A stretch of DNA of 64,000 nucleotides from an uncultured Planctomycetota bacterium (GTDB taxonomy: Bacteria; Planctomycetota; Planctomycetia; Isosphaerales; Isosphaeraceae). Position 1 is the stretch's first letter. The number at the start of each line of letters is the position of its first letter. Below are positions 39,826 to 50,245 of this stretch, piece after piece. The translations under genes were made by a program, and so were the position numbers. Under the pieces are notes generated by a model. The model saw nothing but the letters and a program-made list of their open reading frames with translations. It had not been told where the DNA came from and did no database searches. The stretch lies in NCBI GenBank assembly GCA_963823665.1, contig CAWGMQ010000005.1, positions 1,024,001-1,088,000 on the forward strand, given 5' to 3'.

Positions 39826-40944
39826 ATGCCGGTCCATACTGCAATCCACACATGTCCGATCGAGCAGCTGCTCTTGGATGGGAGAAATCCTCGACTCGGT
39901 CGGCAAAACGTTCAAAGGAACCTGGGCCAGGACCAAATCCTCGAGCTCATGCAGAATTTCACGCTTGACGAACTTGCAGTGTCAATTCTCCGGAGCGGAT
40001 TCTGGCCGCAGGAGGCTCTGATTGCCGTTAAGGAAACACCTGCAGGCAATCTCACAGTCGTGGAGGGCAACCGGCGTTTGGCAGCATTGAAATTGCTCCA
40101 ACGGAGCGACGCCGGTGACGCGGTTCCGCCGCAATGGCGCGAGATGATTCAGCCCCATTCGAAAAAGGAAATAGGCGCCCTCCGTGTATTGCTTAAAAGC
40201 GTTCCGTATATCCCGGCTGATAGCCGAAAAGACGTTCAGAGTTATCTTGGATTCCGACATGTGACAGGCGTCAAGCAATGGGAACCGGCGGAGGAAGCAG
40301 AGTATATATCAAACCTAATTGAGTCTGGCTTAAATTACAAAGAAGTGACGGACGCCATCGGAAGTAAGGTGGAATCTGTTCGACGTAGCTACATTTCTTT
40401 TCGCATTCTGCTTCAAATGGAGGGGCAGAATGGAATTCACATTCCCTCGGTTGAGGAGAAATTTAGCGTTCTGACCTTGTCCCTCCGAACCGATGGGGTT
40501 CAGTCCTACCTCGGCGTTGACATCAGCGTCGATCCGGACAAAGCCGAACGTCCGGTACCTCCAAGCAAGCTTAACCATCTTGTGAAATTCGCTCTCTGGC
40601 TTTTTGGCAACGATGAAGAGGGCATACAGCCACTCGTCACCGATTCCCGGCAAATCGAAAATTTCGGAAAGATCCTTGAGAGCTCCAAAGGCGTCCAATA
40701 TCTCGAAAGCACGAATACTCCGCGACTCGAGACCGCTTACAGGATTGCTGGCGGTGCCGCCGCCGAGGTCGCTCAATTCCTGGAGCAAGCGTGGTTCCAG
40801 CTCGAAGAGGCTCTCGGTGTCATCCACCACGTTAAGCAATCGACACGGGTCAAGGAGGCGTCAGAGCGCATCGTGAGGGATGTCGAGCGACTCCTCACTG
40901 TTTATCCTGAATTCAAGTCCATCGTTTGCGGAAAAGTGAAGTGA
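39826..40944 (+). CDS. ParB/Srx-like N-terminal domain protein
   Basis: LLLDGRNPRL, SILRSGF, VVEGNRRLAALKLL, FRHVTGVKQW. Confidence 0.8.
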   Translation: MPVHTAIHTCPIEQLLLDGRNPRLGRQNVQRNLGQDQILELMQNFTLDELAVSILRSGFWPQEALIAVKETPAGNLTVVEGNRRLAALKLLQRSDAGDAVPPQWREMIQPHSKKEIGALRVLLKSVPYIPADSRKDVQSYLGFRHVTGVKQWEPAEEAEYISNLIESGLNYKEVTDAIGSKVESVRRSYISFRILLQMEGQNGIHIPSVEEKFSVLTLSLRTDGVQSYLGVDISVDPDKAERPVPPSKLNHLVKFALWLFGNDEEGIQPLVTDSRQIENFGKILESSKGVQYLESTNTPRLETAYRIAGGAAAEVAQFLEQAWFQLEEALGVIHHVKQSTRVKEASERIVRDVERLLTVYPEFKSIVCGKVK

Positions 40945-40947
40945 CAA

Positions 40948-41889
40948 ATGAGCGTGCTTGCGGTCCCTGGCGCTGGGTTTGTGGAGAACTCGGTCAAAGC
41001 GCATCGATCGGATCTTATAATTGTCGCAGACTGGGTCGAAGGTTCCGCGCTTTTCTTCCGACGGCCAATCTCGAAGATGGAGGTTCGAGATTTCTTATGC
41101 GACAATGGCTACTATCAGGACCAGATGTTCGCTATGGCATTTGTAGATTTGCTCTGGGCTGAACTCAGAAGGAGAACGCAATGGACCAGCGCGTTTCCCG
41201 TGTTTACTCTCGATCAGAACAAGATTGAGCCAGCTATGTCGTGGCAGGATGCCATAGGGTATTCCTTCTGTCTTATGCTCACGTTTCTTCAACGTTACTC
41301 GCGTAAGCAGCACAAGAAACTTCATGGCGCGAGCTACGTAAGACAGGGGGAACTCTTTGAGCGCTTTAGCGAAGAGAGCCTCAGCAGTTTGGGCTGGAAA
41401 AGTCTTCGCACGGGCTGGGCGAGTGGAATCAGCAATAGCCGATTCAAGAGCTTAATCGATCGGGTAAGCAAAGAGTTAAACGAGGACTGGGTGAACAAGC
41501 CCGCTATTGCCCTCTTCAAAAAGGCTAAAGACGAAGGGCTGGATCTCGTCGTTCATCGGCCGTTTACTGACGGCCGCTGGGGACGCCCGTACTTCCTCGT
41601 GCAATGCGCGAGCGGCGGGGATTGGGAGAATAAGCTCCACACTCCCGACCTCGACGTCTGGAAGGCTCTCGTCTCCTTCACGACAGGGCCAAAGCGAGGG
41701 TTCTGCTTTCCCCTGGCCTTGGGCGACGACGAATTCCGGATGAGTTGCGTGAAATGCTCCGGCATGCTCCTCGATCGCTATCGCCTCGTATCAAGCGGAA
41801 CTGGTGTGGCGAGCGGATTGTCGTCGGCACTCTTAAGTGACTTACAGTCGTGGCTTGATCCACGTGTTAAGGCCCTACCGTTAGCGTGA
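40948..41889 (+). CDS. Hypothetical protein, possible PD-(D/E)XK restriction endonuclease-like
   Basis: LFERFS..KDEGLDLV..FLVQCASG.DW..K resembles an E..D..QC nuclease core. Starts 3 nt after the upstream stop. Confidence 0.65.
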   Translation: MSVLAVPGAGFVENSVKAHRSDLIIVADWVEGSALFFRRPISKMEVRDFLCDNGYYQDQMFAMAFVDLLWAELRRRTQWTSAFPVFTLDQNKIEPAMSWQDAIGYSFCLMLTFLQRYSRKQHKKLHGASYVRQGELFERFSEESLSSLGWKSLRTGWASGISNSRFKSLIDRVSKELNEDWVNKPAIALFKKAKDEGLDLVVHRPFTDGRWGRPYFLVQCASGGDWENKLHTPDLDVWKALVSFTTGPKRGFCFPLALGDDEFRMSCVKCSGMLLDRYRLVSSGTGVASGLSSALLSDLQSWLDPRVKALPLA

Positions 41890-42074
41890 ACTATTACTCG
41901 GCTGCTTCCGTCAAATCGCTTCCTCTGCAGCAATAATCGCTTGCTCGACATCACGCGGTGCCTCTGTCTGCCAAAATGGAGCTCTCCGCCACAGAAGCCC
42001 ACACAGAATCGCGGGCGTGACCAGCCGGTCCAGCCCGAGCGCGTCGCGATCGCGTTCTCGCTCGGCAGCGACGA

Positions 42075-42947
42075 TGTTCCTCGATTCTTGCATGGATCGG
42101 CATGCCAACTGGGCTGTGATCGTGTGCCTTGTGGGCGGAGGTCAGGAGATTCGTACGGGTGAGGCTGGGATTGATGCTTGGATCGAGGCCGTGAATTCGA
42201 GTTTTCCGAACTGGACGATGCACATTTCGTCGAGGCTGACTGATAGCGAATACGCGGCCGGCAACGCGATCGAGGTGGCGGGTGAACAGGAACGTGCAAT
42301 CTTTGATGATCGTCTTCATCTCGCGGTTTTTATGCGATCGTTTCGGGCAAAGAATGTGTCTTCCTTGGTCAAAGCGATCCTTGATCGTGAACGAGACGTG
42401 GCACGCGAGACCTATCGACAAGTGGCGGGTCGGTATCCGATTGCCATTACTCGAGAACCTGCCCAGGACTAAGCAATGGGTACGCGAGCATGCGCGGGGG
42501 ACTGAGCGGTATGGGTTGGTCGCTTCGTCGAAGGCTCAGCGGTTGAAACCTGATGCCATCGATATACGCGTCGACGTTAACCCAGTGCATTGGTTTTTGA
42601 ACGACAGGGAAGACACACGCTCGAGCTATTATCTCGAGGATGCGGCGACGGAGTTTCAGGTTCAAGGGTTGGAACTGGATTGGGCGTGCGTTGCTTGGGA
42701 TGGGGACTTGCGGTTTTCTGAGGCGGGGTGGAGGCACCATTATTTTCGCGGGGATCGGTGGTGCGCGATCAAGAATGAGGATAACCAGCGGTATTTGTGT
42801 AATGCGTATCGAGTTTTGCTCACGCGGGCGCGGCAGGGGATGGTGATTTATGTGCCGCGGGGGGATGCAAGCGATCGGACTCGGGCGGGTGGGATTTATG
42901 ATTCTACGTATCGGTATTCGAGCGAAGTTGGGCTCACGCAACTCTAG
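42075..42947 (+). pseudogene. DUF2075 helicase-like protein, 3' remnant with a frameshift near 42460
   Basis: WAVIVCLVGGGQEI..GEAGI, MRSFRA, RYGLVASS, TEFQVQGLELDW, NAYRVLLTRARQGMVI. No N-terminus. Confidence 0.8.
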
Positions 42948-42948
42948 A

Positions 42949-43670
42949 GACGTCGATGAAGATGGGCTCACGCAAAGGCGCAACGGCGCAAAGAAGCTGA
43001 GCAGCAGGAGATGATGGCCGGCAGGATTTGGGGATTTTTCTTCGGAAGACGCTGGAGGGATGCAGGCGAGTGGGCGATCGCGATGGGTGGGGTACTATGA
43101 CCTCAATCAGGATGGGCTCACGCAAAGGCGCAAGGGCGCAAAGAAGCCGAGCCGCTAAAAAAGATGGCCGGCCGGATTTTTGGATTCTTGATCGGAAGGC
43201 GCTCGAGGTGTGCGGGCGAGTGGGCGGTCGCGATCGTTGGTGGAATATCACGTCGATGAAGATTGGCTCACGCAAAGGCGCAACGGCGCAAAGAAGACAA
43301 GCGGCAGAAAACGATCGCCAGCCGGATTTGTGGATCCCGATCGGAAAGCGCTGGAAGTTGGGCGATCGCGACCGCTCGGAGAATATCACGTCGACGAAGA
43401 TTCGGTCACGCAAAGGCGCCACGGCGCACAGAAGACAAGCCGAATAAGAAAATGGCGGGCCGGATTTGTGGATTCTTGATCGGAAGGCGCTGGAGATACG
43501 CAGACGAGTGGGCGGTCGCGATGGGTGGGGCACTGTGACGTCAATCAAGATGGGCTCACGCAAAGGCGCAAAGGCGCAAAGAAGTCGAGTAGCAGAAAAT
43601 GATGGTTAGCAGGATTTGGGGATTCTTCTTCGGAAGGCGCTGGAGGGATGCAGACGAGCGGGGGGTCGCG
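42949..43670. repeat. Five degenerate tandem units of about 150 bp
   Basis: Units start at 42949, 43099, 43249, 43387 and 43537. Shared core TCACGCAAAGGCGCAANGGCGCAAAGAAG. Confidence 0.9.
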
Positions 43671-43732
43671 AGGCCGGCGATGGTCCGCAATGGCGGACCC
43701 TACGTGGAGACGGGGGACTGATGGTCGAGGCT

Positions 43733-44110
43733 CTATAAACCTGAACCCTTTCGACGCACCCAACGTACGGTTGTCGCTGTCATCCGCCAGGCCAGGAAGA
43801 TCGCCGCGACGAGGACGGCCTGGGCGGCCAGGATTCGCATCAGGGATGTGAACGAGCTCGCGGGGAGCGGCAGCGGCGGGGCGGCCTCCATCGTTTTGTA
43901 CCCGAGGCTGTTCACGATCGCGGACGCGGGCGAAAGGTACACGACGAAGAGCATGAGCACGCCGTAACCGGCAGCGGGGGATATCAACATCAGGATCACG
44001 GCCGCCCCAGGGAACAGCACGACGGGGTAGACCGTGAAGAGCAACTCGATGCGCAGAAGCCTGCGCAGAAAAGGTGTTTTGCCGTCTTCGCGTGCGCGTT
44101 CGCGTTTCAT
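43733..44110 (-). CDS. Hypothetical membrane protein
   Basis: About three hydrophobic segments in 125 aa. Confidence 0.55.
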   Translation of the reverse strand: MKRERAREDGKTPFLRRLLRIELLFTVYPVVLFPGAAVILMLISPAAGYGVLMLFVVYLSPASAIVNSLGYKTMEAAPPLPLPASSFTSLMRILAAQAVLVAAIFLAWRMTATTVRWVRRKGSGL

Positions 44111-44445
44111 CGTCCACTCCGGATGGCACAGCGTCGGCCGGCCATGCTATCGGTTAATCCGCCGCGAAGCCATTGACAGCCGACACGGCTATCGCTGCGC
44201 CCGGGGCCGCCGGCGCCATAAGCCCGTCGCCGGCGAAACTACCGCGGCATTAGACCGCGGGATGGTCCGCAATAGCGGATCCTACGGGGAATCGAGGACG
44301 ATCCGCGGTGACGGACTTCGCGCTGCGAGGGGCAATCTTGTGACCGCGGGTCTGTCCAGGGATAATTCGTGCTGAGGTCGGGATTCATCGTGACGAGCGT
44401 CGCGTCTAAGAGCGTGTCTGCGAATTGCGGCCGCTTGCGGAAGGA

Positions 44446-44745
44446 CCCTCACCCCGGCCCTCTCCCGGAGGAGCCCTCACCCTGGGCGGATGAAAAGCGT
44501 GCCGTATTGGCGAATTTCGAGCTCGAAGATTCGGCTTTTTCTGTTGCGCGACGGTTTTGTGACGGCGGCCGCCGGGACGGACCCCCCCTGGCCCCCCCTT
44601 CTAAAGGGGGGGAAAAGGAAAGGGGAGCCCCTTCTAAAGGGGGGGGAAGCTCCGCGCAACATTCGCGACGGGAAATCTCCGCTCCTTATTCTGCAAGATT
44701 TCAACAGGCCACCCTCACCCTGGCCCTCTCCCACGGGGGAGAGGG
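44446..44745. repeat. Cluster of REP-like palindromes
   Basis: CCCTCACCC..CCCTCTCCC type at 44446 and 44712. CCCCCCTGGCCCCCCCTT-N-AAGGGGGG type at 44582, with further copies near 58505, 58628 and 61413. Confidence 0.75.
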
Positions 44746-44913
44746 GGCGGGAGCGATCAATCGGGGGGTTCCTCAACGGTCGTTGGATCGTGGCGCGCGT
44801 GGAATTCACAGACACGCTCTGAGAGGACATGACCCGCATCGAGTGATCAAACTGGATTTCGCGGCGTGGCTCGCGCGATCCGCCGGCAGTGGACCGATGG
44901 GGGAGAAATCATC

Positions 44914-47900
44914 ATGCCGGATTCGTGCGATGCGGGACGGTCTGACGTCGAGCGCCGGGTTCTGGAAGTGACGTCGACCTATGTTGCGCTCGAGAAGACC
45001 GGGGCAGCGCCCGACCGAGATGCCCTCCTGGCCGCGCATCCCGACCTGACGCAGGAATTGCTCGCGTTCCTTCAGGACCGCGACACAAGCCGTCAATCCG
45101 TTGCGGACAAGGGAACCGATCCCCCCACGGCAGGTGAGGTCACGGCCGGGATCGATTCGTCGTCGCAGGCCGACGTCACGACCGAAGGTGCGGGTGATGG
45201 CCGGGTTTTTCGCGCTACGAACGAAGATACAGCCGGAACCAAGACGTCGGGAGCTGAAAGCGGCTTGTCGACCGCGAATGACGACGACGGTGCGATCTCG
45301 CTCAAGGATGTGATGAAGCTCGAGGCGAGCGAGAGGCGATTCGGGGATTATGAGCTGCTCTGCGAGCTGGGGCGGGGCGGGATGGGGGTGGTTTACAAGG
45401 CGCGGCAAGTCAGTCTCAATCGGCTGGTTGCGGTCAAGATGCTGCAATCTCGGCTGCTGGCGACCGCGGACGACTTGAAGCGGTTTCAGAACGAGGCCGA
45501 GGCGATCGCGATGCTCGATCACCCACACATCGTGCCCATCCTCGAAGTGGGCCAGTGGCGCGACGGGCGATTCTACAGCATGAAGCTCATCGACGGCTCG
45601 AGCCTGGATAAACGCCTGGACGAATTCCGTTCTGATCCGACCGCTGTTGCCCGGCTGATGGCGACGATTGCCCGGGCTGTGCACCACGCCCATGAGCGCG
45701 GGGTGCTGCACCGCGATCTGAAGCCGGCGAACGTGCTGCTTGATGAAGACCGTCAGCCTTTTGTCACGGACTTCGGACTGGCCAAAAGAGTCGAGGCGGA
45801 CAGCGAGCTGACACAGTCGGGCGCGATCATGGGAACGCCGGCGTACATGGCGCCCGAGCAGGCGACGGGCCGGCGGCGAGAGGTGACGAGGGCGACGGAC
45901 GTGTATGGTCTTGGGGCAATCCTGTACGCGCTTCTGACCGGCAGGCCGCCGTTCCGGGCCGATTCCGTCATGGAGATTTTGCAAGCGGTGCGCGACCAGG
46001 CGCCGGAAGCCCCATCAAAGATGAACTCGCTGGTGCCGCGGGATCTGCAAGTCATCTGCTTGAAGTGTCTGGAAAAGGAGCCCTCGCGGCGCTACCAGGG
46101 AGCTGACGAGGTGGCGAATGACCTCGTGCTCTTTCTAGCCGGGGAATCGATCTCGGCGCGACCGGCCGGGAAGCTCGAGCGAAGCTGGCGATGGTGCCGC
46201 CGGAACGCGACGGTCGTCGGGTTTTCGGCGACGATCCTGTTGCTGTTGGTGGGTATCGGCATCGTGGCGGGTATTCTCGGCGGCCGTGTTGCGCGGAGAC
46301 CGAATGATTCACCCGGGCCGCTGAACTTGAAGTCGCGTGCTGAAGGGGCGGCACGCGAGGCTGCCGGCGCGGTCGCGAGGGGGCGAATTGTGGTGCAGGT
46401 GCCCGACGATGCTCGAAACACAACGATCAGCCGCGGTGGCGACGAGACGACGGTCGCTGGCCGGGGAGCTCATGAACTGTTGCGACCGGCGGGCAGGTAT
46501 CAGGTCAGGATGAGTGGAGGGGGCCCGGAGCGCACGGACGTTGTCGAAATTGTTGCGGAGAAGCGACTCGAGGTGGGAAACAGACCGAGGCAAGGGACGC
46601 TGAATGCGGCTCGAGACGAGCTGGAGACGTTGTTCTACCAGCCGCAGCTCGTGCTCACGACGGGTGGTCACGATGCGCCGGTGCGGGCCATGCTGTTCTC
46701 CGCGAACGGCGAGCACCTGTACTCGGCGGGGGACGACAAGGTCGTGAACGTGTGGCGCATGCGAGACAAAGTGCCCACAATCGAGCGGACGCTGCGGCCA
46801 CCGGTCTGGCGAGGCCCCAGAGGAAGGATCTTCGCCATGGCGCTCTCGCCGAAGCCGGATGCGGATGGCCAGTCGTTTCTGGCTGTGGCGGGGTACGGGA
46901 TCGAGAGCTCGGGAGGGGACATCACGATCTTTCGCGTACCGGGGCTCGGGCGCAACCTTGCGGGCGAAGTCGTGAAGCGGCTGGAGCGGCCAAGGGGGGT
47001 GGCGGCGGATTCTCGAGCGATCGCGCATACGAACACGATCCTCTGTATGGCGTTTGATCATGACGGCGGCGTGCTTGCCTCCGGAAGTAACGACGCGACG
47101 GTGATCTTGTGGGATACACGCGCCGGGTTTGAGCCGATCCGGCAATTGAAGCGCGGGAACGCCCGGATCCTCAGCCTCTCGTTCAGCCCGGACGGGAAGC
47201 ATCTGGCGACGGGAGACGCGACCGGCGACGTGGTCGTGTGGGATGTGGCGAAGGGTGAAGCCGTGGAAGCGATCGGATCACGGGTTTTGCTCAACGTGGT
47301 AACATATAGCCCAGACGGACGATTGATCGTTGCTGGATGCGAGAACGGCTCGCTCGTCCGCATGGACAGTGCGAAGCTCTCCGGCCCGGGGCTTTCTTCG
47401 ATGCGCCGTGCGGACGGCAGGCCGATTCTAGGAGCTGCATTCCATCCAGGAGGCCGGCTGCTCGCGGTAAGCGTCAAAAGCGATGCGTCTCCGATGCTGG
47501 ATCCAGCGACGATCTCGTTTGACATCGAGCTTCGAGAGCTGCCGAGCGGAGAGGTTGTGAAGCGATGGCCAAACGTCGCGGGGTTGGTTCGCGCGCTGGC
47601 ATTCAGTCCCGATGGAGAACGGCTCGCCTACTCGGGAGGCGTGGCTCAGGCCGTCATGATCCAGGACACGTCGAAGCGAGATGAACCGCCGGTTGAGCGA
47701 AAGGGGGCTGGAACCACGTTATTCGACCTGGGCTTCACGGAGGACAGCAGCACGATTGGATTCACGCGCGAACGACACCGGTCTGGTGAGGTCGCGCGGC
47801 TTTACGAAGGTTTTGACCTGGTGCGTCACCGCTCACGCTCCGTGCGGGGCGACAAGCTGCGCCACGCAGCCACAGCTTACCAAGGGTGGACGCTCGCGCT

Positions 47901-49593
47901 TGATCAAAAGACGGCCGGAATTGCGGCGGTGCACCGGGACGGCCGTATCCGCCAATTCAAGCTGCAGGCCGGCATGGACGGGCTGCCGTGGTCGTTCACC
48001 GTTGTTCCTCCGGCACCCGGGCACCTGTCGGCCACGGTGGCGGTCGGCGCGGACGCGGGCGTTGTTGTTTTCGATTTCGAGACGGGCCGGCGCACGCGAA
48101 TGTTTGCCGGACACAGCGGGCCGGTTGTCTCGGTGGTCTCGTCACCGGACGGCCGATGGCTGGCGAGCAGCTCATTCGATCAGGTCATCATGCTTTATGC
48201 GCTCGCGGGGTGTGATCGGCGACCTGCGCTGGGCGCGCGGCTGCGCCAGCAAGCCGATTCGAGCTGGGTGATCCACGAGATCGAACCCGCCAGTTTCGCG
48301 GAAGCGATCGGCTTGCAGGCCGGAGACGTTGTCCTGGAGGCGGCGATCGGGATGGAGATGTACGCCCGGACCGGGCGGATTGAGCGTTTCAGCGCGGACG
48401 CCGATGAAGTGGCACCGGGGCTCCAGATGATCGGGCTTCGGGTGCGCAGGCTGCTGATGTTGCCGATCCTGAACGCGATTCCGGTCACGAAGCTCATACC
48501 GTGCACGAAGCGCGATAATGCGCTTCTGACGCTGTTTCCGGGAATTGACAAGGAATGGGTTCTCTGGACGCGGCAGGGGTATTACGATTCTTCGGCCGTG
48601 GCCGATCAGAAGTATCTGGGGTGGCACCGCAATGGCGGCGCGGGTCATTCGTCGTCTGAGTTTTCTCCGGCCATCGCGTTCGAGGCGCAGTTTCGGCGGC
48701 CGGGGGTGCTGTCGGAGCTATGGAGCGCGGATGAACCGACCCGGTACTCGGCCATGCTCGAGCGAGTGGTACCCGGGGGCGAGCTTGAGCCACGCCGGCT
48801 GAGAGTGCTGACCGTTGGGCCGATCGAATCTGATGGCGCGGAGAGACTTCCGGCGCCGGAGAGCGCCCGGCGCGATGCGAGCGATGTTGCGGAGCGATTC
48901 GTCCGCCTCGGCCGCCGACTTGGGTTTGATCAGGTTGACGCGCGGTTTCTGGGCGGCGAGTCGGCGTCGGGCGCTCGAATCGATGGAGCGTTCACCGAGA
49001 TGGAGGCAGAGGGTTCGGGGCGACGGCCTCGCCCTGGCGATGCGGTGATCGTGTTTCTGGCGGCTCGGGTGGATGAGGGGAAGCGGGGGCTCAGGCTGGT
49101 GAGCGCGCGTTCGGAGGATCCGCGAGCGGGTGAGACTGGTGCTTCTGCCAGCGAGCTGGGAGGGCATTTGAAAGGGCTGGCGCAGCGTGGCTATCAGGTC
49201 GCGGTGTTTGTAAATCTCATTCCCGTGGCAACTGACGATCGGCTGGCTTCTGCGCTGACCGAATGGGAGCGCGACCTCTTTCTTGGCGGAGTGGTCGTAT
49301 TCGCGGCATCACGGGATCGAGCCGGTGCATGGGTCGACGGATCGGGTCGTGGCGCGTTGGCCGCGGCGCTGGGGAATGTTCTCGAGACGGCCGCCAAGGG
49401 CGGTGGGCACGAGGGGCCGTCGAGCGCTTCGTGGACAGTCGAGCGTTTCAGCGAGGGTCTTGAGAGAGAGGTGCATAGGCTTACGGGGGGTCTCGAGGGA
49501 GCGAAGGGGTATTTCGTTGAGTCGGCCTCCGCGGCGCCATTCCTGAACCCGAACGCCGTTGAGAAGCGTTTACCGCCGGATCGGTCGCGTTGA
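44914..49593 (+). CDS. Ser/Thr kinase - TM - WD40 repeats - PDZ-like - degenerate caspase-like domain fusion
   Basis: GRGGMG, HRDLKPAN, DFGLAK, GTPAYMAPE; hydrophobic helix; GH..WD repeats; GLQAGDVVL; C14-like C-terminus. Confidence 0.85.
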   Translation: MPDSCDAGRSDVERRVLEVTSTYVALEKTGAAPDRDALLAAHPDLTQELLAFLQDRDTSRQSVADKGTDPPTAGEVTAGIDSSSQADVTTEGAGDGRVFRATNEDTAGTKTSGAESGLSTANDDDGAISLKDVMKLEASERRFGDYELLCELGRGGMGVVYKARQVSLNRLVAVKMLQSRLLATADDLKRFQNEAEAIAMLDHPHIVPILEVGQWRDGRFYSMKLIDGSSLDKRLDEFRSDPTAVARLMATIARAVHHAHERGVLHRDLKPANVLLDEDRQPFVTDFGLAKRVEADSELTQSGAIMGTPAYMAPEQATGRRREVTRATDVYGLGAILYALLTGRPPFRADSVMEILQAVRDQAPEAPSKMNSLVPRDLQVICLKCLEKEPSRRYQGADEVANDLVLFLAGESISARPAGKLERSWRWCRRNATVVGFSATILLLLVGIGIVAGILGGRVARRPNDSPGPLNLKSRAEGAAREAAGAVARGRIVVQVPDDARNTTISRGGDETTVAGRGAHELLRPAGRYQVRMSGGGPERTDVVEIVAEKRLEVGNRPRQGTLNAARDELETLFYQPQLVLTTGGHDAPVRAMLFSANGEHLYSAGDDKVVNVWRMRDKVPTIERTLRPPVWRGPRGRIFAMALSPKPDADGQSFLAVAGYGIESSGGDITIFRVPGLGRNLAGEVVKRLERPRGVAADSRAIAHTNTILCMAFDHDGGVLASGSNDATVILWDTRAGFEPIRQLKRGNARILSLSFSPDGKHLATGDATGDVVVWDVAKGEAVEAIGSRVLLNVVTYSPDGRLIVAGCENGSLVRMDSAKLSGPGLSSMRRADGRPILGAAFHPGGRLLAVSVKSDASPMLDPATISFDIELRELPSGEVVKRWPNVAGLVRALAFSPDGERLAYSGGVAQAVMIQDTSKRDEPPVERKGAGTTLFDLGFTEDSSTIGFTRERHRSGEVARLYEGFDLVRHRSRSVRGDKLRHAATAYQGWTLALDQKTAGIAAVHRDGRIRQFKLQAGMDGLPWSFTVVPPAPGHLSATVAVGADAGVVVFDFETGRRTRMFAGHSGPVVSVVSSPDGRWLASSSFDQVIMLYALAGCDRRPALGARLRQQADSSWVIHEIEPASFAEAIGLQAGDVVLEAAIGMEMYARTGRIERFSADADEVAPGLQMIGLRVRRLLMLPILNAIPVTKLIPCTKRDNALLTLFPGIDKEWVLWTRQGYYDSSAVADQKYLGWHRNGGAGHSSSEFSPAIAFEAQFRRPGVLSELWSADEPTRYSAMLERVVPGGELEPRRLRVLTVGPIESDGAERLPAPESARRDASDVAERFVRLGRRLGFDQVDARFLGGESASGARIDGAFTEMEAEGSGRRPRPGDAVIVFLAARVDEGKRGLRLVSARSEDPRAGETGASASELGGHLKGLAQRGYQVAVFVNLIPVATDDRLASALTEWERDLFLGGVVVFAASRDRAGAWVDGSGRGALAAALGNVLETAAKGGGHEGPSSASWTVERFSEGLEREVHRLTGGLEGAKGYFVESASAAPFLNPNAVEKRLPPDRSR

Positions 49594-49798
49594 AATGGCG
49601 CGAGAGCGGCGCAGACAAATGGCACGTCGTGAAGGCTGGGGACGGTCCGCAGTGGCGGACCCTACGAGGAGCGGGGGGATGGTCTGCAATAGACTAACCG
49701 ACGTTGGCCACTTTCTTTTCTTGACTATTGACTGTTCGCGCGATCCTACTCAACAATGAGTACTCAGAAAAGAGTTGGATCGATCAGAGGGAGGCGTG

Positions 49799-50245
49799 AT
49801 GGCGGGGCGGAAGGTTTTGGCGATCACGGAGCGGCAGTTTGCGGTTCTGCGAGTGCTGTGGGAGCGCGGGCCGCTTTCGGCGCGGGGGCTGATGGCGTTT
49901 TTGCCGCGCGGCGACAGGCAGCCTTATACAACCGTGCTGGGGCTGCTGCAGGTCATGGAGAAGGCGGGGCTGGTTGACCATGAGAAACAAGGCGCGGTGC
50001 ATGTGTACCGGGCCGCTCGTTCGCGGCAGGAGGCCACGGGGAACTTGCTCTCCGACTTCCTGGCGAAGTTCTTTCACGGGTCGGCCGAGCAGTTGATCCT
50101 GGGGCTCGTCGATGCCAAGGCAATCGCGCCAGACAGGCTGCGGGCAATCGAGGAGAGGGTCGCGCAGGGTCGTCGCACGGCGAGTCCGAACGGAGACGAT
50201 CAGGGCACGGACGGCGGGCCCAAGAGACGGAGGAAGACGCCATGA
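49799..50245 (+). CDS. BlaI/MecI/CopY family repressor
   Basis: VLRVLWERGP, YTTVLGLLQVMEKAGLV, FFHGSAEQLILGLV. Confidence 0.9.
   Translation: MAGRKVLAITERQFAVLRVLWERGPLSARGLMAFLPRGDRQPYTTVLGLLQVMEKAGLVDHEKQGAVHVYRAARSRQEATGNLLSDFLAKFFHGSAEQLILGLVDAKAIAPDRLRAIEERVAQGRRTASPNGDDQGTDGGPKRRRKTP

Noticed and set aside
42949..43670. CRISPR array
   Set aside because: The would-be spacers are about 100 bp and homologous to each other, the repeats are degenerate, and there are no cas genes.
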